From Promethearchaeota archaeon (lineage in GTDB: Archaea; Asgardarchaeota; Lokiarchaeia; Sigyniarchaeales; SOKP01), in assembly GCA_016839705.1 (NCBI GenBank), contig JAEOTR010000016.1:64001-128000 (forward strand): DNA of 64,000 nt. Reading direction: 5' to 3'. Below the pieces are notes generated by a model. It ran no database searches and was not told where the DNA came from. It worked only from the letters and a program-made list of their open reading frames with translations. Positions 9,883 to 20,088 of the stretch are shown in pieces; position 1 is the first letter of the stretch, and the number at the start of each line of letters is the position of its first letter. The position numbers were made by a program, and so were the translations under genes.

Positions 9883-10891
9883 AATTGAAATGAAAAATTT
9901 GATTAAGGAATATTTGAAGGAAGTTAAGGCAAAATTACCCGAATGGTTAAAGGATAAAAAAGAGCATAAGGAAATTTTAGCTGAACTTGAAGAACATATT
10001 TGGAGTAAGGCAGAAGAATTATCGAAAACAGGTCAACCCACTATAAATTCGGTTCGCGAGGCAATTGATCATATGGGAACACCAGAGAGCATCGCCAAAG
10101 AATATAAACGTCGAGGAACTCCAAAAGTTTACATAACTGAGGAAATGTGGCCTTTATACAAAAAGGTTATAGGTTTTGTGTTCTCGTTAATAATCGTCAT
10201 CGCCGTTATAGTACAAGTGATAAATTTAGTTTTTGGAAATTATCATAACTTTTGGGAGGGATTCACGGGCATTCAAATTGGATTACTTATTGCGTTTGCC
10301 GTTATAACAATAATTTTTGTTCTTCTCTCTATGGAAGGATATTTTCCAGAAGATTTCATGTCTGAAAAAGAGCTAAAAAAGAGGAAAGAAGAACCTGGTA
10401 TAGAAGATGAAAGGGAAAAACCGTTAAAACCCTTTATAAAACCGGTAGGAGAAATAATTGGGGGCTCATTAGGATTAATATTTGGAGTGTTTTTGATTGT
10501 ACAACCACTCCCATTCATTTTTAGTCTTATTGACAGTGAGTTTCTTTTATTCCTTCAATTTGCGGGTATTTTCATGATTGCTGAGGGTACTTTAGATATG
10601 ATTAGAGGTTTAATCGGGAATCGACAACCATTAGCCCATCAAGTCGTTCATGCCATTACTGTAGGTGTAAAGCTAGCTTCTATTTCAGTAGTAGTTTTGA
10701 TGATGAATAGACCAGAAATATTCCCTATATTAATTGTTCAGGACCCGTCAGGTCCCCTGATAAATATCGGTATTGCCCCAGAGTTTTATAATCTTTTTAG
10801 AATAATTGCAGGAATCATTATTGCTGTGGTTGCTTTAAGTACTTTAGAAAACTTCTATAAGATTTACAAACTCGAAAGTTATAAAAAATAG
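9875..10891 (+). CDS. HAAS-domain membrane protein (PadR partner)
   Basis: IKEYLKEV...ELEEHI...MGTPESIAKEY N-terminus followed by multiple TM helices; overlaps padR. Confidence 0.7.
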   Translation: MSEIEMKNLIKEYLKEVKAKLPEWLKDKKEHKEILAELEEHIWSKAEELSKTGQPTINSVREAIDHMGTPESIAKEYKRRGTPKVYITEEMWPLYKKVIGFVFSLIIVIAVIVQVINLVFGNYHNFWEGFTGIQIGLLIAFAVITIIFVLLSMEGYFPEDFMSEKELKKRKEEPGIEDEREKPLKPFIKPVGEIIGGSLGLIFGVFLIVQPLPFIFSLIDSEFLLFLQFAGIFMIAEGTLDMIRGLIGNRQPLAHQVVHAITVGVKLASISVVVLMMNRPEIFPILIVQDPSGPLINIGIAPEFYNLFRIIAGIIIAVVALSTLENFYKIYKLESYKK

Positions 10892-10902
10892 GAATAAAAA
10901 AA

Positions 10903-10948
10903 TTTTTTTTTTTTTGCTTTTTTTTTTATTAAGTCTTTTTTCTTTTTG
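10903..10948. terminator. Long oligo-T tracts between convergent genes (archaeal terminator)
   Basis: T13, T10, T5 and T5 runs right after the stop at 10891. Confidence 0.5.
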
Positions 10949-10971
10949 ATTTTAGTACATATAGAAAAAAA

Positions 10972-13224
10972 TTAGTATGAAGTGTGAGTACTACTCATGT
11001 TAACTAATCTTGGTAAAACTATGCAAGAAGGATAATCTGGACCTACAAGTAGTGTATTATTAGCGATATTGTAGTTTAAATAGCTATAAGCTAATGGTGC
11101 CCCTGTATTTGGATTTGCTGCGAAACGAGGATAATTAGAACTCGAGATTGCAATTCTTATCTTATGACCTTGTGCAAAAACATAGGCTGTGGACCATAAA
11201 TCAACAAATAATTCATAGACATCGGTTTGATTCCCTGACATAAATCCTTCAGAGGTATAATTATTTCTTGAACGAACTGTTAAAGAACCATCTGTTATTA
11301 ACATCGAACGTCCATCTGGATAAACATCAGTAAGTTTTACTGTAAAATCTGTATCCGTACAATTGGAAGTAACAAATAAATTCCCAAAAATTCTTCCTAC
11401 GGTCTCCACTGATTCTGGTAATGCTGTGCTTTCAAAGATTAGAACATCAGGTCTACTCTCGGTAGACCTCTGATCCATTGGGCCTGCTAAGTCGAAAGGT
11501 TGGTTTTGTCCCCCTAAATTTGGAACAGGATCTCTTGGATCGTATAAGTAAGAGAAATTCTTATTTATAGAAGGAAGAGTACTATTAATTAAACCGCTAG
11601 TTGACGTGAAATACCACTTATCATCCACATGATCAAGAGGCCAATCATAAGCATATCTCCAGTAATTCCAATCATCAGAAGGAGTATCTACATCGCCCAT
11701 TAGATAATAGGCGACCCTTTCTCTGTTCCAATTTGTAGACTTCCCTAAAAGAGCATAATCAAAAACAGCCATTTCCCAATTCAAAGCAAGATTAAAGCCA
11801 ATTGAGTTCTTTGGATAACTTAATTCTCCTTGTTTTACTGAATCAAACAAGTTGACATGAGTCCATGGTCCCATTATTAATCTTTGTTTACCTTGAGCGC
11901 TAAGGGCACCATAATCATCATATCCAATGTATCCATCGATAGTACCTTGTAAAAAATGGTCATACCAGCCACCCACATGTATTCCCGCAACAGAAACGTT
12001 CGAATAGACTGGTCCAATTGGTATTGATAACGATGTTGAATTGTATAGTGTTTCATCTTTAGGATTTGAAAACGATAAAAGAGTTTCGATTTGATATTTC
12101 CAATTGTTTGGAGCATTATCTTGAATCCATGTCTCAACGGAGGATTTATGGTAAGAGCCTTGATAGATTGCATGATCGTATAATTCTGGAGTTCCAAACC
12201 ATAGTTGTTGGGCGACTAATCCCTCAGGAGCCATTCCTGCATAGAAATATTGATTGATACAGAGTGCGGAAGGTCCAGCGCTCGCAATTTTGCCATTACA
12301 CCAACTTTGGTCTAATATCCAATTGATAGTGTCAACGCCATCTAAATAGGAATCTTTAAAGAGTAAGAATTGACTTCCTCCTTCAGAATCATGAGTTCCC
12401 CTTAAATCTTGTACTACTGCATGGTATTCTTGAGTTGTATAATACTGTAAAGCCAAATCAGCAGCCCAACCTGATTTACCATAAGGAGTTCTTACCATAA
12501 CAACTGGTTTTGGGGTTCCAAAAGAACCCGGAGAAAAATATAAATCAGTAGCTAATTTGACACCATCCCTCATCTCAACCATATATGTCTTTTTTGTGGT
12601 AGGAGCGTATACTAGAGTAATTGTAAGAATAGTGGAAGGGATTGCTATTAAAAGTATTAAACTTGCAGCTTTAACTGGTCTTGGAAATTTATTCAACCAT
12701 CTTTTATCATATTTAGTGATCAACTTTGAAAGCGAGAGATTAGAAATTTTTAACCCATAATGGAAGTAGGCTAGTAGACTTATCCCGACTGCGGCTATCG
12801 AGTAATAATTCACTTCAATAAACAGAAACCAAATTATTCCTCCCAAAGGTATAAGTATATTGAATAGTTTTGCTATTTTATCTATATACTTAAATCTTAT
12901 ATTTTTGCTGATGTGTTTAAGATAATTGGTTGTCATCAATAATGAATAAAAAGAGATGAATACCGCAATAGGGGATAATACAATTCCAATTAAAATTATT
13001 GAAACCTGTTTTAAGGTAAAGTTAATAATTTCATTTTTAGTAAATAACTTCTTCCCTTCTTCCAACTCTTTATTAAAATCTTTGTAATAATTGAAGTAAT
13101 ACGCACCTATGTATAATCCGCGGCAGATTAGTAGCATTAGTAAATTAGTGGTAAAGATTTGTTCGAAGTTTAAGTACCCTAAACTATATAGCTGAAAAAA
13201 TATCATTATAATCCAATTAATCAT
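10972..13224 (-). CDS. CocE/NonD (peptidase S15) family hydrolase with N-terminal membrane domain
   Basis: MRDGVKLATD, RTPYG, QDLRG...SEG, GPSA nucleophile, GGWYD, GPWTH, YDPRDPVP, ISSSNYPRF. Confidence 0.9.
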   Translation of the reverse strand: MINWIIMIFFQLYSLGYLNFEQIFTTNLLMLLICRGLYIGAYYFNYYKDFNKELEEGKKLFTKNEIINFTLKQVSIILIGIVLSPIAVFISFYSLLMTTNYLKHISKNIRFKYIDKIAKLFNILIPLGGIIWFLFIEVNYYSIAAVGISLLAYFHYGLKISNLSLSKLITKYDKRWLNKFPRPVKAASLILLIAIPSTILTITLVYAPTTKKTYMVEMRDGVKLATDLYFSPGSFGTPKPVVMVRTPYGKSGWAADLALQYYTTQEYHAVVQDLRGTHDSEGGSQFLLFKDSYLDGVDTINWILDQSWCNGKIASAGPSALCINQYFYAGMAPEGLVAQQLWFGTPELYDHAIYQGSYHKSSVETWIQDNAPNNWKYQIETLLSFSNPKDETLYNSTSLSIPIGPVYSNVSVAGIHVGGWYDHFLQGTIDGYIGYDDYGALSAQGKQRLIMGPWTHVNLFDSVKQGELSYPKNSIGFNLALNWEMAVFDYALLGKSTNWNRERVAYYLMGDVDTPSDDWNYWRYAYDWPLDHVDDKWYFTSTSGLINSTLPSINKNFSYLYDPRDPVPNLGGQNQPFDLAGPMDQRSTESRPDVLIFESTALPESVETVGRIFGNLFVTSNCTDTDFTVKLTDVYPDGRSMLITDGSLTVRSRNNYTSEGFMSGNQTDVYELFVDLWSTAYVFAQGHKIRIAISSSNYPRFAANPNTGAPLAYSYLNYNIANNTLLVGPDYPSCIVLPRLVNMSSTHTSY

Positions 13225-13291
13225 AAACTATATTGAGATTAGCTTACTAATAAAAGTATTTGATTGTTTAATCAACCAAATTTCTTTATAA

Positions 13292-14719
13292 TTGATGAGA
13301 AATACAATAGAATCTTCAGAGGAAAATCTTCATCGAAGGTCTTATGGTGTTCATCTAACCTCAAGCGATATTTTCTTGAAGTTTATTTTCCCTGAAATAA
13401 AGGAAAAAATATGGGGATATAAATGGGTTGATTTATATGCTGGAGAAGGTAATCTAATATTGCCTATATTGAAATCAATCCCCCCCGCGGATAGGATAAA
13501 TTTTTTTAAAAATCATATTTATTTATCCGATATACAGGAAGAAATGTTAGAAAAATGCATTAAGAGAGCTTCGGATTATGGTATTCCTCCTGAAGTGGCT
13601 TCACGCAATGTAGAACTTAGGGATAATCTAGAACAATCACCTGATTTTTTAAAGGATAATCGAAAATCGATATTCCATATTACTAATCCACCATACCTTT
13701 ATTTAGGATATATTAGAAAAAATGAAGAAACTCAGAAATATCTAAAGTTATTTGAAGGGAAAAATGATGGTTATCAGGATTTATACCAAATTGCGATGCT
13801 AAATGATTTAAGGAATCAATTGGACAATCTTATCTACATTATCCCTTCTAATTTTTTATTTGGAGCCTCTGTCTCTAATAAATTTCGAAATGATTTCTTA
13901 CAATTTTATAAAATTAAGAAAATGATAATATTTGAGACGAGGATATTCGAGTTTACGGGAACCAACATCTGTATTGGTTTTTTTGAGAGAAAAAAAGTCC
14001 CTAAATCAGAGAATGTTGAATTTATGGGCGTTAAATTTAAACAACACAATAAAGAAATTAAAAAAAAATATTTGCTTAAACCAGAATACAAATACCGAGC
14101 CGGTTATGAATTTGATGATTTTTTAGATAAAAATCGAATAAAAATTCCTCTGACTACTAATTATTATTTATTAAAAAAGGAAGTAAAAAACAATATAGGA
14201 ATTAACAAGTTAAGTGTTATAGACGCTAATAATTATAAAAATAATCATTATATTAAACTCGATCTTAAGGTAAATGATAATTTAAAAAACAAAGTCGAAT
14301 CCAATATATTATATGTTCGAACTGTTGATACTGGATCAATAGATGGCAGAGTTGGATTAGGAATAATTGCAGAAGATTTTAATGTTGATGGAATATATGT
14401 ATCTGGGAATACTTACAGAACTCATCCAATCCAACTATTTTTTGAACCAAATTTATCGCAACATGAGCAATTTTTATTAAAAGATTATTTTAATTTTATT
14501 TTGGAATATTTTAGAGAGAAATTAGATAGTGAATTTCTCACTACCTATAAATATTCTAACGCTGATTATACAAGAAAATATTTAGGCTTAACTCAAGTCA
14601 GAAAATTAATTCAAACTTTCCCTTACATGATGATGAACGAAAAATTCAACCAGAAGTTGGCATCTTTAATTGAAAAAAAAGATTTGGATGATATTTTAGA
14701 TTTATTTGATGCTTGCTAA
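13292..14719 (+). CDS. Orphan N6-adenine DNA methyltransferase (gamma-class motif order)
   Basis: Motif I DLYAGEGN, motif IV ITNPPY, DLYQ, YIIPSNFL, FEFTGTNI. Confidence 0.8.
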   Translation: MMRNTIESSEENLHRRSYGVHLTSSDIFLKFIFPEIKEKIWGYKWVDLYAGEGNLILPILKSIPPADRINFFKNHIYLSDIQEEMLEKCIKRASDYGIPPEVASRNVELRDNLEQSPDFLKDNRKSIFHITNPPYLYLGYIRKNEETQKYLKLFEGKNDGYQDLYQIAMLNDLRNQLDNLIYIIPSNFLFGASVSNKFRNDFLQFYKIKKMIIFETRIFEFTGTNICIGFFERKKVPKSENVEFMGVKFKQHNKEIKKKYLLKPEYKYRAGYEFDDFLDKNRIKIPLTTNYYLLKKEVKNNIGINKLSVIDANNYKNNHYIKLDLKVNDNLKNKVESNILYVRTVDTGSIDGRVGLGIIAEDFNVDGIYVSGNTYRTHPIQLFFEPNLSQHEQFLLKDYFNFILEYFREKLDSEFLTTYKYSNADYTRKYLGLTQVRKLIQTFPYMMMNEKFNQKLASLIEKKDLDDILDLFDAC

Positions 14720-15577
14720 AAGAAAAGCTATTAAACCTAGATATGCCCCTATCTTCAAAACTAAGCTAATTTTTTTAAAATTCTCTCTCATTAAATTACC
14801 TTTAGCCATTAAAATAACAGCAAACAAAACTACAATAAAACCAAAAGCCATAGAAATTAAGAAGAGTAATGGATTTAGAATATTAGTAAAATAAGGTAAT
14901 ATGTAAAAGACCATTGCGAAAATTGCAAATACCATAGCAATATAGGTTGATTTTTTTGTTCCAATCCTAATAGCTAAAGTTTTCACGCCTTCTATTTTAT
15001 CTCCTTCAATATCTTCACACCCTTTAATAATTTCTCGAGAGAGCAGAGCGAAGAATGCCGCTGAAAAGAAGAAATATATATAAAAAGGCACATTCGAATT
15101 ATTTAAAATTGCCCCATAGATAAGTCCGATAGAAAATGATGCACTGACAATAATATTACCGATAAATCCACTCTTCTTACCCCAAGCAGCGTATAACCAT
15201 CCAATAAAAACCATTAAAACCACTATAATAATATTTATAAAAAATATTTGAAATAGAAAACTATGAATTATTGCTATAACTATACCAATAAGGGCGGTGG
15301 TTATCCATAAAGTCTTTGCTTGCTTTAAAGATATTGCTCCTCTAGGAATGGGCCTATCTGGACGATTTATTTTATCTATTTCTATATCATAATAGTCGTT
15401 TATGATGTTTCCTGCACCTGCCAAAAAAAAGTATGTAAGAACACCTAATATTATATTAAAAATCAAAGTTACTGCATTGACCCCAATCCTAGTATTTAAA
15501 ATTCCTATGATTACACTTAAACTACCCATTATATCGTTAAGTGGTCTGAGTATTTCAATAATATCTTTAAACTTCAT
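14702..15577 (-). CDS. Digeranylgeranylglyceryl phosphate synthase (UbiA family)
   Basis: INDYYDIEIDKINRPDRPIPRG, REIIKGCEDIEGD; adjacent to GGGP synthase. Confidence 0.92.
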   Translation of the reverse strand: MKFKDIIEILRPLNDIMGSLSVIIGILNTRIGVNAVTLIFNIILGVLTYFFLAGAGNIINDYYDIEIDKINRPDRPIPRGAISLKQAKTLWITTALIGIVIAIIHSFLFQIFFINIIIVVLMVFIGWLYAAWGKKSGFIGNIIVSASFSIGLIYGAILNNSNVPFYIYFFFSAAFFALLSREIIKGCEDIEGDKIEGVKTLAIRIGTKKSTYIAMVFAIFAMVFYILPYFTNILNPLLFLISMAFGFIVVLFAVILMAKGNLMRENFKKISLVLKIGAYLGLIAFLLASIK

Positions 15578-15601
15578 GATTTAATTCTTAATAATATTCT
15601 A

Positions 15602-16426
15602 TTAAGTAGAAAAATTCTTCTTCTGAGCTTTTCCTGCTTCTTTAATTTCTTTAATAATTAATTTTAGAGAATTTCCATTATCTTTAAGTACATGATTTTC
15701 GAGATACGTTCCCATAACGATGATATCTGCTCCTGCTTCAACAAATGCTCTTGCGTCTTCTTTATTTTGAACGCCACCTCCAGCTATTATTGGAATATTT
15801 AGGATTTGTGAACATGTAGTTATATGGTCTATAGGAATCTTTTCACTACCTGATCCTGCTTCCAAATAGACCATTTTAAATCCATACATTTCAGCAGCTA
15901 ATGCATAAGCAGTCGTTAATTTAGGTTTGTGTCTAGGCAATAGTTTTGCATTTCCTATCCACCCTGCACTACCACCGGGTTCTATTATTAAATATGCCAT
16001 TGATATATATTCTAAATTTGCACTTTTAATTGTAAAAGATGCAAGAGCTTGTTGCCCAACAATAAAATAAGGATCTGAGGAATTTAATAATGACATAAAC
16101 AAAATAGCATCAGCATGGTGAGAGATATTGCTAATCCCTCCCGGAAAAATAATTACTGGCACATTAGCTTCACTTTTCACAGCAAGTACAGTTTTATCTA
16201 CAAATCCTTGATTAAAAATAGTACTTCCGCCAATTAATATAGCATCTGTTCCCGCCTCTTGAGCAATTTTAGCCATCTTTGCGGCTTTGTTTGGATTTTG
16301 CCTCATTGGATCCGGATCGATTAGAGAAAAATGCAAGGCACCCTCACTATTTAGTTTTTTTATGATATATTCATAAGTACTTTTTTCAATATACTCATCT
16401 ATTACAATATCAACCATATTATTCAC
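15602..16426 (-). CDS. Geranylgeranylglyceryl phosphate synthase (group II)
   Basis: LIDPD, IGGST, FMSLLNS, YLEAGSG, GGGV. Confidence 0.95.
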   Translation of the reverse strand: MNNMVDIVIDEYIEKSTYEYIIKKLNSEGALHFSLIDPDPMRQNPNKAAKMAKIAQEAGTDAILIGGSTIFNQGFVDKTVLAVKSEANVPVIIFPGGISNISHHADAILFMSLLNSSDPYFIVGQQALASFTIKSANLEYISMAYLIIEPGGSAGWIGNAKLLPRHKPKLTTAYALAAEMYGFKMVYLEAGSGSEKIPIDHITTCSQILNIPIIAGGGVQNKEDARAFVEAGADIIVMGTYLENHVLKDNGNSLKLIIKEIKEAGKAQKKNFST

Positions 16427-16439
16427 TCCTTAATCCTTA

Positions 16440-17831
16440 TTACTTTTTTTTAGTTTTCACTATCATTTTCTTAATTTTATCATAAACACTAATTACCCTC
16501 TCTTTCCATTCAGGAAACTTATCTAATCCCTTTGGAAAGCTTTTATAGAGTTTGTTTATTTCATTCATTTTAATTCTGAGAAAATTCAGATCTAACAATA
16601 GTTTTGGTCGAGAAATTCCTTTAATGGTTTTTGCAGCCAAACTAATTATTGATAAATTTAATCCTCCTTTCGAAGAAATTTGTAGGATTTCCTCTCCAGT
16701 TAATATATCACGTTCTAATCCAAAATTTAAATCATCATTCGAAAGAGTTTGAAGCACAATCCGTAATAAGTCTAATGCAGCGAATTCTGCTCCAAAACTA
16801 GTCATAATTCGATGATTATATTCCCATAATGCATTGATTGAATAATCATTTTTTTCGATAGCATGTGTTGCTGAATTAGCAGCATAATATCCAGCTCTCA
16901 TGGAAGGGTCAATCCCTCCACCATGGAGAGGATTAACTTGGCAAGCCGAATCCCCAATGAGTATGATCCCATTATCAGCACAAGACCATAATGGCCTACG
17001 TACAGGAACTACGCCCCCACCTGTGGAAATTATATTGTATTTCGAAGTTTTAATATATTCTTGAAAGACATTTTTATGGTAAAGGTCCTTTACTTTTCCT
17101 TTATAGTCCATAAAAGCTCCTAACCCAATATTTACAGAAGATTCATTTTTTGGGAAATACCAGATATACCCCCCTGGGGCTTTTTCTTGATCAAGGATAA
17201 TTGAGATATACTCAGGATCTTGTACTTCTAAATCTTTAGGGGAAAATTCTACAATCTCCCGATAACATAAGATGCTATCCTCTCTTGGGAGATTTTTTTC
17301 GATTAATGAACTTTTTACAAGTTTCCGTAAAGGAGAATAGAATCCACTAGCATCAATTACAATCTTAGACTTAAAATTAGTTTTTTCTCCATTATTTAAT
17401 TTTACTTTCAGTCCTGACACAGTGTTATTTTCGTAAATTAAATCTAGAGCCATAGTTTTATCTAAAAACTGATTTACTCCCGCATCGACAGCTTCATTCA
17501 ATAAACGTTGTCCAAATTCTAATCTGTTTACGATATAACCAGCTTGCTTTGGATCGACTAAAGTAAGGCATTTCTTTAGACTTGGGGAGTATAGTTTTGC
17601 TCCTTTAATATGACAGGATAATTCCTCACCTTTAGGGTGATTGATATTCAATAACCCGAAGATTTCGTTTCCTACAGCATCTCCACAAATTTTGTTCCCA
17701 ATTTGATCTCTTGGTTTACTGTCAATTAAACACACGTTTAAACCATTTTTTGCTGCAAATCTCGCAGCAATGGCACCGCCAGTACCTGCTCCAACCACTA
17801 TAACATCAAAAGAGTGTTGTATGTTTTCCAT
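16440..17831 (-). CDS. Geranylgeranyl reductase (digeranylgeranylglycerophospholipid reductase)
   Basis: VVGAGTGG, ICGDAV, PGGYIWYFP, GDSACQVNPLHGGGI. Confidence 0.9.
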   Translation of the reverse strand: MENIQHSFDVIVVGAGTGGAIAARFAAKNGLNVCLIDSKPRDQIGNKICGDAVGNEIFGLLNINHPKGEELSCHIKGAKLYSPSLKKCLTLVDPKQAGYIVNRLEFGQRLLNEAVDAGVNQFLDKTMALDLIYENNTVSGLKVKLNNGEKTNFKSKIVIDASGFYSPLRKLVKSSLIEKNLPREDSILCYREIVEFSPKDLEVQDPEYISIILDQEKAPGGYIWYFPKNESSVNIGLGAFMDYKGKVKDLYHKNVFQEYIKTSKYNIISTGGGVVPVRRPLWSCADNGIILIGDSACQVNPLHGGGIDPSMRAGYYAANSATHAIEKNDYSINALWEYNHRIMTSFGAEFAALDLLRIVLQTLSNDDLNFGLERDILTGEEILQISSKGGLNLSIISLAAKTIKGISRPKLLLDLNFLRIKMNEINKLYKSFPKGLDKFPEWKERVISVYDKIKKMIVKTKKK

Positions 17832-17899
17832 GGCAACTGGGTATTATAATCTACTAAATTTGATATTTAATTTGATTCTGATTAAAAAATTGATATTGA

Positions 17900-18646
17900 T
17901 TATATTAAAGCTAATAGATATATTATAATCGTACTACCTAATGGAACTGTTAAATCATCATACGTACTTGGAGATATTAACTCTATTATAGTTGCAATTC
18001 CACTAGTAATTAATGAATAGATTAAAATTGTGATTAGAGATAAGGGTTCTTGAACAGGTATGAGTAATCCAAATAGGAAAAAAGAGAGAAAACACAATAT
18101 CAAAGCAGTTATGAAAAAGGTAGAAGACCCCTCTAAGGTTCTTTTCGAATTTGTCCAAGGCAAACTGATATTGATCTTTCCCCAACGTTTGCCTATGACT
18201 GAAGCTAATGTGTCTGAAATAATCATAATTAAAATTCCCGCAATAGGAAAATAAAAATTCTCAGGAGCAACAAGCCCAAAAATAAAAACTAATGTTGTAA
18301 TTGAAAGGCAATAGTAAAAAGGACCCTGAAGAAAGGCTCTTTTTAATCCTTCTTCCTGTTCTTCTGATATAGCATCATAGAGATCTTTAAATTGTTTTAC
18401 CTTTGAATCTTTAGAACTAAAAAATACGAATAATGTAAGTGTTCCTGCAATAATAGTTGGCCAAAATGGCCAAAAGTAGAAAGGGGAGCTTAAAATGGCT
18501 AATCCCGCAGAAAAATGAACAGTCTTTCGTGCGGAAAATTTAGAAATCTTATTTTTTTTATATAATATCAAAGGGATAAAAATTGTCAGCAATACATAAA
18601 AGTAAGTAATTCCGACAATTCCAAGGTCAGAGATAAATCTATTCAT
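17900..18646 (-). CDS. CTP-dependent polyprenol/phytol/dolichol kinase-like membrane protein
   Basis: ARKTVH, GPFYY, SDTLASVIGKRWG, KRTLEGS, DDLTVP. Confidence 0.8.
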   Translation of the reverse strand: MNRFISDLGIVGITYFYVLLTIFIPLILYKKNKISKFSARKTVHFSAGLAILSSPFYFWPFWPTIIAGTLTLFVFFSSKDSKVKQFKDLYDAISEEQEEGLKRAFLQGPFYYCLSITTLVFIFGLVAPENFYFPIAGILIMIISDTLASVIGKRWGKINISLPWTNSKRTLEGSSTFFITALILCFLSFFLFGLLIPVQEPLSLITILIYSLITSGIATIIELISPSTYDDLTVPLGSTIIIYLLALI

Positions 18647-18761
18647 TTTGGTATGTAATCTATTATCTATTAAACCAAAGAAGTATTCTTGCTTTATAGA
18701 TTTTTTTCATATTCCTTTGTATGATTATTACGAATAATATGATCAAGAGTATGAATATTCC

Positions 18762-19946
18762 TTATGGAGGTAAAGGGGGAACTTCGTTATTTTTCCATTG
18801 ATTCACAATCGGAAAAGTCCACCAATGTTCAGGAACATTAGAATAAACGCTATATTTTTCTAAACCCTTAGTAAAAGCATTAACGTTTGATTCTGGGGCT
18901 TGAATATGATCTGTTTGAGGATAGAAATATGCTCCAAATCCTCCTTTTCGAGTTCCCAGATTACGAACCATGTGCCAAACTTCTCGTTCACATTCTTCGG
19001 GTGTCCCTTGTGTATAAATCGATTGAATATTGATACATCCCCACATCATTATCTTTCCACGAAATTGACTCAATTCCTTGTAACCAGTCATCCGAGGACT
19101 ATCAAGTTCCAAGGCATCTAATCCCCAATCAATTAACAATGGCATGATTGGATCAATTTTACCACAGCAGTGCAGATGAAAATCACACCCTAAATCATGT
19201 GCAGTATCAATTAGTTGTTTATAAACTGGTTCATAAAATTCCTCGAAGATCTTGGGGTTGAAAAATGGCCCTTTTTGTTCGCCTAAATCGTCATATAATA
19301 CAAAACCGTGGGGATTCGCCCCATGTTTAACCCACATTTTTTCTTGTTCAATAAAAATATTAGTAATAATCTCTAAAAGTTGTTTAAGCTCTCTTTTATT
19401 TTTATAATGATCTACTAAAAAGGTATTAAATCCTCGCATAGAACTTGCAACATAAAACGGTCCAAGACCGAGACTATACATACGATATTTATTTTTTGCT
19501 CTTTCCTTACTTCTCTCAATAACATAAGAGTATCGATCCTCTTCATCCATGTTTGGTGTATATTTCTTGAAATATTCCTCTAATTTACTGTAATCGGTCA
19601 ATGAAGGTCTTCCAGGGTGTCCCATAGTATTAATACCACCTATAATCCATATAGTCCCAAATTCGTCAATTTCTTCTCTTGGTAAATTCAACCAATCCTT
19701 ATATTTCGGATCTTTAGCCCATTCAGGTTTATCCCATTCCCATAATTTATAGTTTATTAAATAATCAGGTACATGAGGAAATAAGCCTTTTTCATTTTCA
19801 TAATGTCCGGGTTGCCAAGATTTAGAAGGTAAAGAAGCAAGGGTATAAACATCGCTTCCTCGACTGAATTTCCAAATTGGAACTTTATCTGGTCCTTGAA
19901 AATTGAGAGCAGCTTTTACACGTTCGATTGAGTTTAAGTTTTCCAC
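18762..19946 (-). CDS. Uroporphyrinogen decarboxylase / methylcobamide methyltransferase (MtaA/CmuA) family protein
   Basis: ERVKAALNFQGPDKVP, DEFG, DDLG, LHCCG. Start reassigned to GTG 19946 because the upstream 23 codons are low-complexity AT-rich sequence. Confidence 0.8.
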   Translation of the reverse strand: MENLNSIERVKAALNFQGPDKVPIWKFSRGSDVYTLASLPSKSWQPGHYENEKGLFPHVPDYLINYKLWEWDKPEWAKDPKYKDWLNLPREEIDEFGTIWIIGGINTMGHPGRPSLTDYSKLEEYFKKYTPNMDEEDRYSYVIERSKERAKNKYRMYSLGLGPFYVASSMRGFNTFLVDHYKNKRELKQLLEIITNIFIEQEKMWVKHGANPHGFVLYDDLGEQKGPFFNPKIFEEFYEPVYKQLIDTAHDLGCDFHLHCCGKIDPIMPLLIDWGLDALELDSPRMTGYKELSQFRGKIMMWGCINIQSIYTQGTPEECEREVWHMVRNLGTRKGGFGAYFYPQTDHIQAPESNVNAFTKGLEKYSVYSNVPEHWWTFPIVNQWKNNEVPPLPP

Positions 19947-20088
19947 CTTGAAAAAAAAAGTTATAATTGAATGTATAAAATTAAAATTTTTATTAAAACT
20001 TTTATTGAATATCAAATTTCAATCCCAAAAGAAGTAGATCAATATTAAACATATAAGTAACTAAGAAAGTTAAGTATGTGAAAATAGA

